Source: Amoebidium appalachense
Lineage: Eukaryota; Protista; Ichthyosporea
Direction of reading: 5' to 3'
Assembly (NCBI GenBank): GCA_963693365.1
Contig: CAVNZM010000001.1
Span: 17,904,783 to 17,968,782 of the forward strand
DNA length: 64,000 bases
Shown here: in pieces, positions 48,196-64,000 of the stretch
Layout: each line of letters begins with the position of its first letter
How positions within the stretch are numbered: the first letter of the stretch is position 1
The notes under the pieces: model-generated
The model's database searches: none
What the model was told of the DNA's origin: nothing
The model's input: the letters and a program-made list of their open reading frames with translations, nothing else
Position numbers and translations under genes: made by a program

Positions 48196-51100
48196 TTTAT
48201 CCTTCTTCTTCTGGAATGCTCGGACACTGGGCCCCCAAAAGGGCCTCCCCCCCGGGACACTCGACGATAAAATCAGCTACATACAACAACAGACAAACAA
48301 CCACACGTTTACAGTGATTTGCGAAACACAGTTTAAAAACCACCACAAATTCAACTCTACATTGGTCGACACATCCACACACCCCGGTTACGCGAAAAAC
48401 CGAGGCATTATTGTACTTGCCGCACCACACGTGAGAGTGAAGTGCAAACCGGTAGCAAAAACGGAATTCTCGGTTTCTATAGAGTTTCTTTCTAATGTTT
48501 TTACTTTTGTATATTACCCACCATCTATGTCGGTTGTCGAATTGACTCACGAGTTGTCACAGTTACCAATGTCCACTGTTATTTTAGGTGATTTTAACAC
48601 GCGACTCCACCACACAGACACACTGCAAGTGAGTGTCGGGTACCCATCTAAGCCCCCGGAGCGTGCTATCCCTTTAGCAAGGTATGTCCAAAGTCACACT
48701 TTGCGGTTCCCTCAAATATCCCATGCCCACAACACCGACTGGGGAGTGGCCTGTTGGCCATCAACCATGTCAAAACTCTCTCTCCCTCCTAACCTCTCTA
48801 GGTCATCTGACCACTCTCCTATCCTTTTCCTACCTAAGATCTCCCTTGATCTGCTCCCCCCTCCCCCTCCCACCTTTCGCCTCCGTCTATCCCAGCTTAA
48901 GTCACAGTGGGGTAGAGTTGATGTATGTGTATGCTATGCTACGAAACACCCTATATATATGCGCCTATTAGAATCTGCACAAGCCAGGCCAGATTCACAT
49001 CTCGTACTAGATACATGCACTAACTTTATTGTTGATGATTTGATAGATCTCGGTGATTATGCTGGCGGTGGTAGGAAGGAATATCCCGATGCTCTCTTGT
49101 TACCAAACACCACTCCCGCTAGACTAGGTGAACCCCTGTCTCAAAAGGAAAGCTTGCGCCGGCTTGCTAGTATGAATCGATTTGGCCCCCCTGCTCGTAT
49201 TATTGGTGATACCACTGGAGACCCCCTCATAGACTCTGATAAGTATTTCTCGGAACTGTTTAAAGATAGGACCCCCGCTCAGAAACCTATTGTGTGGCCT
49301 GTAGACCCATCTATCCCCATAGAATCGATCCTCCCCTTTTTCAGTCCCGATGCCATATGGTCTGTGATATCTAGTTATAGCTCTAGTAAGTCTTGTGGAC
49401 CTGATGGACTCCCTGCTGGGTTTCTTAAAATCCTTGTTCCCTCCTACCCACAAAAGGAAAGTGATCGTGCTATTAAACCTGATCTTACTATCATGTTAAG
49501 CTCTCTCTTTTCTTGGTGTGTTAAATGTGGACATGTCCCGTCATCTTGGTTAGATACCTTAGTGATCCCCATAGTTAAGAAGGACTCTGAGGGCCCCATA
49601 TCATCCTTTCGCCCCATTACACTAACCCAGGTTGTTCGTAGATTCTTTGAAGCTTGCTTACTTAGGTTATTTGCACATCACCCTAGGTTTCAATCTATTC
49701 TTCACATACACCCATGCCAATCCGCTTTTCGTAAAAACAATTCATGTTATGTTCAAATAATGGCACTGCACGATTCTATGCAAGTTGGTGCACAATATGT
49801 TGGCTTTATTGATTGGAAAACTGCTTACGATTCTGTCTCCCCTGGTCTCCTATGGGAAAAGCTTGCTGCACGGGGTGTACCACACTGCATTGGTGTTCTG
49901 TTAGAAGCACTCTTGTCTCAAACCTATGGTAGAGCTGTGGTTAATGGGCATCTTTCATATGGTTTTGCTCGTACTAGAGGTCTCTTGCAGGGTTCATTGC
50001 TTAGCCCCTTTTTGTTTAACCTATTTATAGATGATTTGGCTGTCAAGATTTACGCCGAAAACGATGACCCTATTAATAACTTTCCGCCTGCACTTCTCTA
50101 TGCTGATGATCTGTCCCTCCTTGCCCGTACCCCTAGACGCCTGCAAAGATTGTTCGATGTAGTGTCAGAGTGGTGCAAGGCAAACCTTATGATCCTTAAC
50201 ATAGACAAATGTGGTGTTCTTGTACCTGATATAGCTAACAATTTACACACATTTACATTATCATCTAAACCTGTACCTATAGTTCCAGAATACAAATATC
50301 TTGGTGTTCCGGTTGATTCTGTTGGTGTTATGTTTCCCCATATGGTCGAAAAGAGGGTAGAGTTGGCTCGTAAGCGGTTAGCTTTCTTCTCGGCTAATAT
50401 TTTTAAAGACACACCCCTCCATCCTTCTATTAGACTTACATTTATTCGCACTTTTGTCTTCCCGGCATGTGAATATGGTTTACCCCTTCTCGCCGCTTGG
50501 ATCAAGAAAGAGAGAACTAGAGCGCTTAAACCCTTGGCAAATTTCCTTGAAGCAGAAGTTGCCTCCTTTCTATCTAACAACTGTTGTAAACCTGGGCCTG
50601 TAACGCTCTCGATATATGGTCTGGTCCCAATAGCTGCTAGAGTATCCTATCTCGCGCTGAAATTCAATAAGCACATAAGCCGCTTAAAGAAGTATTTGCC
50701 CTCCCACCCTCTCTTCTCTATCCGACCTGTCCCCTCCTCACCTCTCCCCTCTTTCCTCCCCTCTCTCTCCCCTTCTCCCCTGGGCACAAATACAAATAAA
50801 CCCCGCAATAGTGTGTGTGTGACTTTGGACTGCCACTTACTTATTAAACATGTACACAATCACAAGATAATCACGCAATATAACAAATGGAAAAAGATAC
50901 CACACGACACTAGACCCGATGAAAGCATACACCTTGAAAAACTAAGCCTTATGTCTCGTTTTATATATACTGACCGCCTCAACCATATTGCCAAATATGG
51001 CACTCGCAAGTGTATAACACCTAAATACATATTACCTTCCTGTAGAACTGGTCTTTCTCTAGCTGATGGTATTATTGATCAATTACCACGCTTTTACTGT

Positions 51101-51382
51101 ACACGTGCTATACAGTGGAGATCTAATAAGTATAAGGTGGCATCATTTGCATGCCCAAACAACACACACACACACCAGTTTAACCGGTCATGTATCGCCA
51201 AATGTAGTTTGATAGACCACATAATACCGCAACACACACACGTCACATTCACAACAGACACCCAGAAAGATAGCCTACCTGTAAATTACAACATCCTTGA
51301 TTTTATACTAAACACGCGTAACTACGACCTGTTTATTAGATGTATTGATTGGCTTGAGAAACACATCACTACAAAATTATAG
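48188..51382 (+). CDS. LINE ORF2: AP endonuclease + reverse transcriptase
   Basis: 1064 aa uninterrupted. APE motifs WNAR, ICET, YYPP, LGDFN and SDHSPI; RT motifs KSCGPDG, FRPITL, QSAFR, IDWKTAYDSV, GLLQGSLLSPFLFNLFIDDL, LYADD and YKYLGV; Cys/His C-terminal motif. Confidence 0.97.
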   Translation: MPNLSFFFWNARTLGPQKGLPPGTLDDKISYIQQQTNNHTFTVICETQFKNHHKFNSTLVDTSTHPGYAKNRGIIVLAAPHVRVKCKPVAKTEFSVSIEFLSNVFTFVYYPPSMSVVELTHELSQLPMSTVILGDFNTRLHHTDTLQVSVGYPSKPPERAIPLARYVQSHTLRFPQISHAHNTDWGVACWPSTMSKLSLPPNLSRSSDHSPILFLPKISLDLLPPPPPTFRLRLSQLKSQWGRVDVCVCYATKHPIYMRLLESAQARPDSHLVLDTCTNFIVDDLIDLGDYAGGGRKEYPDALLLPNTTPARLGEPLSQKESLRRLASMNRFGPPARIIGDTTGDPLIDSDKYFSELFKDRTPAQKPIVWPVDPSIPIESILPFFSPDAIWSVISSYSSSKSCGPDGLPAGFLKILVPSYPQKESDRAIKPDLTIMLSSLFSWCVKCGHVPSSWLDTLVIPIVKKDSEGPISSFRPITLTQVVRRFFEACLLRLFAHHPRFQSILHIHPCQSAFRKNNSCYVQIMALHDSMQVGAQYVGFIDWKTAYDSVSPGLLWEKLAARGVPHCIGVLLEALLSQTYGRAVVNGHLSYGFARTRGLLQGSLLSPFLFNLFIDDLAVKIYAENDDPINNFPPALLYADDLSLLARTPRRLQRLFDVVSEWCKANLMILNIDKCGVLVPDIANNLHTFTLSSKPVPIVPEYKYLGVPVDSVGVMFPHMVEKRVELARKRLAFFSANIFKDTPLHPSIRLTFIRTFVFPACEYGLPLLAAWIKKERTRALKPLANFLEAEVASFLSNNCCKPGPVTLSIYGLVPIAARVSYLALKFNKHISRLKKYLPSHPLFSIRPVPSSPLPSFLPSLSPSPLGTNTNKPRNSVCVTLDCHLLIKHVHNHKIITQYNKWKKIPHDTRPDESIHLEKLSLMSRFIYTDRLNHIAKYGTRKCITPKYILPSCRTGLSLADGIIDQLPRFYCTRAIQWRSNKYKVASFACPNNTHTHQFNRSCIAKCSLIDHIIPQHTHVTFTTDTQKDSLPVNYNILDFILNTRNYDLFIRCIDWLEKHITTKL

Positions 51383-51402
51383 CGCACGCGCACACACACA
51401 CA

Positions 51403-51437
<35 letters not shown>

Positions 51438-51469
51438 CCAGCTGATACCGAGTGTCCCGAGGGGAGCCC

Positions 51470-51506
<37 letters not shown>

Positions 51507-52424
51507 GGGGAACCCCAACTAATTGATTTCTCCTTGTAGTCTTTATGGTGTCTCGTAGAGAAAGTAAACCCTGATATATAGTCACCACCCGACATCTATG
51601 TACGTGATCATGATATACCGCTGAGGGGATATTCCGAGCAAAACCCCCCCCCCATACCTGAGACTGGTTCTCTTTGCCTCGAGTAAACAGCGTAAACCCC
51701 AAGTACATATGTGGTGTAGTGACGCACACCGTTTGTGTACGTTATGCTGGACCAGTAGCCCAATAATGGCCTCATGCAAAGCATATGTTTCTCATGTAAT
51801 TATATACATCAATTGAAAAAAAGTTGAATGATTTTCACGGGCACCCTGTCTGGTGCAGTCCCATTGAATGCAAGGGGCTTGTTATGTGGTGTGTATTCTC
51901 GAACACACACACTTATGGACGCAAGCCGTTTTGTAGCTGCATATCCAACACCTGCCACCCTGCGCACACATCGACAGGCTGCACGCATGGCGTACATGTG
52001 ACCACCACTACAACGTGTACCAGTCCGCGCTTGCAGGCTTCCATCTTCAAGAAGAACTTGAAATTTTAGGCACGGGCTGTAGGCTCGTGCTGCATTTGTT
52101 TCTATTGCAAGGTCATATTACGTGGACAACGGCACAAGGTTATTTGGCCACCGGTGTGGAATAGTGTGAGTGTGTTACGTGACCTCTGTCATGGTACCGA
52201 TGGTCACACAGGCTTTGCCACACGCAACTGCTGCAAGTAGGGGTAGACCTAAATAATTTCTGCAACTAACGTTATGATAGTGTTGACCCTGTTTTTCATT
52301 TGAGACGATGTGAAGGATACCTCCAATCACAAAATCTTATTCAATTATGCACTTGCGTGTAGTGTAGTTTGCCTCCAGGTGACCCTCGTATACAACCGAA
52401 ATAAGCCCCGTGGCTACGAGGAGA

Positions 52425-60448
<8,024 letters not shown>

Positions 60449-61352
60449 CGGCACCAGGCAATGGCACTGTGGGGTTGATATGAATCGTCCGATGCTGATC
60501 GCCTATTCACCGGCTGCAAGGAAGAAGATAATGGTAATATAAAATTAAACTTGATATTAGGTGTACCGTCAACTGGGAATGGATATATTATGTGGTTGGT
60601 AGCATCATTATTAACCAAGTCTCCCTGGTTTACACACCGTTGTCACGATAGAGAATATATATATATTTGGGGTACTCTGTATGATAGTTGTCCTATTGGT
60701 TACACACACAGCCGCCATCGTAGACCATGTCGTTTTGGTATTTCACGCACCCATGCAGTTCCTATAAAAAAAAAACATTAGTATTCATGAAGCCTTGTTA
60801 TATACCCTCTTAGCACATATGCCGACTAACTAAACTTAAAACCATCGTTATGAAGTTTATAGAAATTTCTGCCCAATCAGCCACTAGTACTGTATTCAAT
60901 ACATTTAGGATGAAACGGGGTGCACACTCAATCATGTGGGTCACCGAACACAATCCATAGGGTATGACTGGTCGCCCAAGCACCTACATGATACTTCCCA
61001 ATGTTAATGGTATAAAGCTCTCAACAACCTGTACATAAGTGGAGCTGGGGGAGGAGGAAAAGGCAAAAGGAAGTGGGAGTGGTGATGGGAGGGGGAGGGG
61101 GAGGGGGAGGGGGAGGGGCGGGGAGGAGGGAGGGGGGGGGGGGGGGGGGGGGGCACTGTTGCATGCACACGACCAACGGTACTGTAGTCTGCTCAACAAA
61201 ATCTTTACACGGTCTTTTTGACGTCATATTTCATACTACAATCAATTGGGTGGGTACCAGCCCCAGGGCTCCTTCATTCATATATTAACATTTTATACGA
61301 CATCACGTGATCTGACATACAGAATATACACCTTGATCTAACCGCCCCAACC

Positions 61353-61393
<41 letters not shown>

Positions 61394-61652
61394 CACCTCC
61401 TTCAAAAGAAAAAAAAAAAAAAAAAAAAAAGAAAGAAAGAAAGAAAGAAAGAAAGTGAAAGAAAAAAAAGAAAGAAAAAAGAGAAAAAACTAACACACCA
61501 ACCCCATTACCCAGAGCCGTAATGGGGTTGTAACAAAGGAGAAGCAAAAAGCGCTAACATTCACACTGAATATAACTGCATCTGGCAGAACAGTACAAGT
61601 TTTTAGAGCACTATCATGCCAGTGCGGGTGGCAGTGGTGTGTGGGCATGAAT

Positions 61653-61699
<47 letters not shown>

Positions 61700-62161
61700 C
61701 GTGTGCGTGCGTGCGTGTGCGTACGTGTTTGTGTGTATGCGTACAAGAGTTGGTTAGGGGCCGGGGAGAGCGTGGGAGGCGGGGAGAGGGGGGCACATGA
61801 GGTGTATCCTTTGGTATGGTTGTGTGTGTCATGATTTGTGTGTTCGTGCGCGTACATGAATCTGCACACCGGGACGTTACATTCGTATGTACTTGTGAAC
61901 CAAACACCATTTTCTGCCATATGCACATTCGCCCAAAAAAAGTCTGAAAGGTTGGAATATCGTTTTTTGTCCATGTGCCCTTGCGTGTCGGTGACCTTCT
62001 TTCAAAAATGGGCCGCAAGAGAAAAAATGAGAGGAGAGGCACCCTATTTCTCCTTGTTTGTGCTCTGGGCGCATGTGCCGGTACTTATGCACGGGAGTGT
62101 GAGTAGGACAGGAGAAGGGGGAAGGGGAGCGGGGAGGCGGGGGGGGGTACTTATGTTATGC

Positions 62162-62231
<70 letters not shown>

Positions 62232-62293
62232 GGAGCGCGGGGGGGGGGGGGGGGGGGGGGTGGCTCAAGAAGAGTAGTCCAAAAGTTTCTAAG

Positions 62294-62478
62294 CTACTCC
62301 TCTTCCTCGTCCTGCATCAGATGGGACAATGCCACAACCTGTTTTTTCCCAACTTTTGCATCTTGAGCCCCCCTTTCGTCTGCGATCTTTTTCTTTGACA
62401 CCCCACCGGTGTTCTTCTTGTGGAGGGACTGTCCAACCACCGCCTCCGGCATGACATGTACCTTGTGTCCTCCTGTGT

Positions 62479-62553
<75 letters not shown>

Positions 62554-63354
62554 CGCGCGCGTGTGTGTGAGTGTGCACGCGAGGGTGTTGTGTGTGTGGA
62601 TGTGTATGCACGGCTGTGTGAATGTGTGAATGTGTGCGTGTGTGTACACACATGTCAACATGTGTCGACATGTCTACATGTGCGTGCACATGCATTCGTG
62701 TACATGTGCAATATGTGTGAGTTTAAGTGTACGATTGTCAATGCGATTACTTGTTCAGGACGGATTTGTGTGTCCATTACAGGTGTACAGACACAACCAC
62801 ACCAGCACACATCCATACTCCTTTTCAAGCACGCAACCACATCCACCCCTCGCTCGAGCAGACAGCTTAAGGGAGAAGTAAGCAATGAAGGGGAGTGGTG
62901 AAAGCGCGAAGGAAGCAATAAGAAGAAATGAAAAGGGTGAATGAATGTGTTCGGAAGGCATTGGGCCATTGTGAGGTGGCAATACAGTGTGGTGAGAATC
63001 CATGCAGAGCACATGGACCAATACACTGAACGGGGAACAATGCGGCATGACTCCAGGGTGATTATAAAATTGGATGGCACAAGATATGTGCTTTTTCTGA
63101 TTTAATTTTCTTTCCTATTTTCCACAACTCCCACACTTACCACATACTCAAAATGTTTGCCAAATCTCAGCAGCAACCCCATCCCCCCCCCCCCCCCCCC
63201 CCTCCAAAAAAAAAGGGAGCGGAGGGAGGGGGGGGGGGGGGGGGGAGGGGGAGGGGGATGAGGGGGGGGGGGGGGGGGGAGGAACAACCCCCGATCTTTT
63301 TACCCAGGCCTTTCCAGTCAATATCCCTTGCATTTCCCTCTCCACACACCCCCT

Positions 63355-63385
<31 letters not shown>

Positions 63386-63750
63386 GGAACCCGGGGGACA
63401 ATCGTTTCTGCTTTCAATCAGTAGCCCAGCAAACTATCGGATCCATCAAACCCGTCAAACCAAGTAAAACCGATTAGGCCCATACAACCCTTATAACCAA
63501 ACAAACCAATTGGTCCCATTAAACCCATTAAAACCACTGGGCCTACTGTTCCAAACAGGCCCATTTTCAGCCCCCTCCCCCCGGACTAATCTTAGCACCC
63601 CTTGGACCAATTTTCAGACCAACGAAACTCACCTTTTGGTATTGCAGTATGCTCTTTAACCTCTTTCTGCCTGCTGTCTGGTTTGCGAAACACAGGCTGG
63701 GTGTCTTCCTCAGTGGATGGGGTGTCCAAATTCATAGGTATTGGGTTGGT
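62294..63750 (-). CDS. TSSC4: Last two exons of a TSSC4-like U5 snRNP assembly factor (5' part outside window)
   Basis: Exons 63750-63633 (...QPVFRKP...) and 62472-62294 (GHKVHVMPEAVVGQ...VALSHLMQDEEEE*) join in phase 1. VMPExVVG and a terminal LSHL + acidic tail are recalled TSSC4 features. Confidence 0.62.
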
Positions 63751-63817
63751 CTGGTGGAGGCAAGGCAAGGTCGTGGAAGTAAGAAAAAAGTGTGTTTGTG
63801 TACGTGTGTACGTGTGT

Positions 63818-63896
<79 letters not shown>

Positions 63897-64000
63897 CTAG
63901 TTTGTGCCAAACGGATGTGCTCGAGAGTATGAAGTGCGAGGGGAGGGGGAGGGGACTCAGGGGAGGGTTTGACCAGTGAACGGTGAGAATAAGAAATGAG

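Larger units (their letters stand above)
46620..51505 (+). mobile_element. Apparently full-length non-LTR retrotransposon (APE-type LINE); 5' boundary approximate
   Basis: 5' UTR, ORF1 and ORF2 overlapping by 8 nt (ATGCCTAA), short 3' UTR with (CA)n and a ~31-nt poly-A at 51475-51505. No clean TSD found. Confidence 0.9.

Overview
Intron-rich eukaryotic DNA, probably from a unicellular opisthokont (inferred from gene content, GT-AG introns and CTRAC-type branch sites; low certainty). The introns are packed with long poly-C/poly-G runs and (CA)n/(GA)n microsatellites, so most entries in the ORF track are low-complexity artefacts. Manual splicing gives six genes: a class C (GABA-B-like) 7TM receptor with a bacterial-type solute-binding ectodomain (minus, ~15062-2448), cystathionine beta-lyase (minus), a THYN1-like EVE-domain protein (plus), NSE2/MMS21 SUMO ligase (minus), a secreted PAN/EGF-Ca protein (plus) and the 3' end of a TSSC4-like gene (minus). 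There is also an orphan anoctamin N-terminal fragment. Mobile DNA includes the 3' half of a Copia element with its LTR, an apparently intact two-ORF LINE plus a truncated copy, and a TTAA-flanked MITE. The strongest novelty candidate is a ~250-270 nt non-coding element found five times. Every copy is intronic, lies sense to its host gene and ends in a poly-C tract, and the two longest copies share a pseudoknotted fold with compensatory changes.
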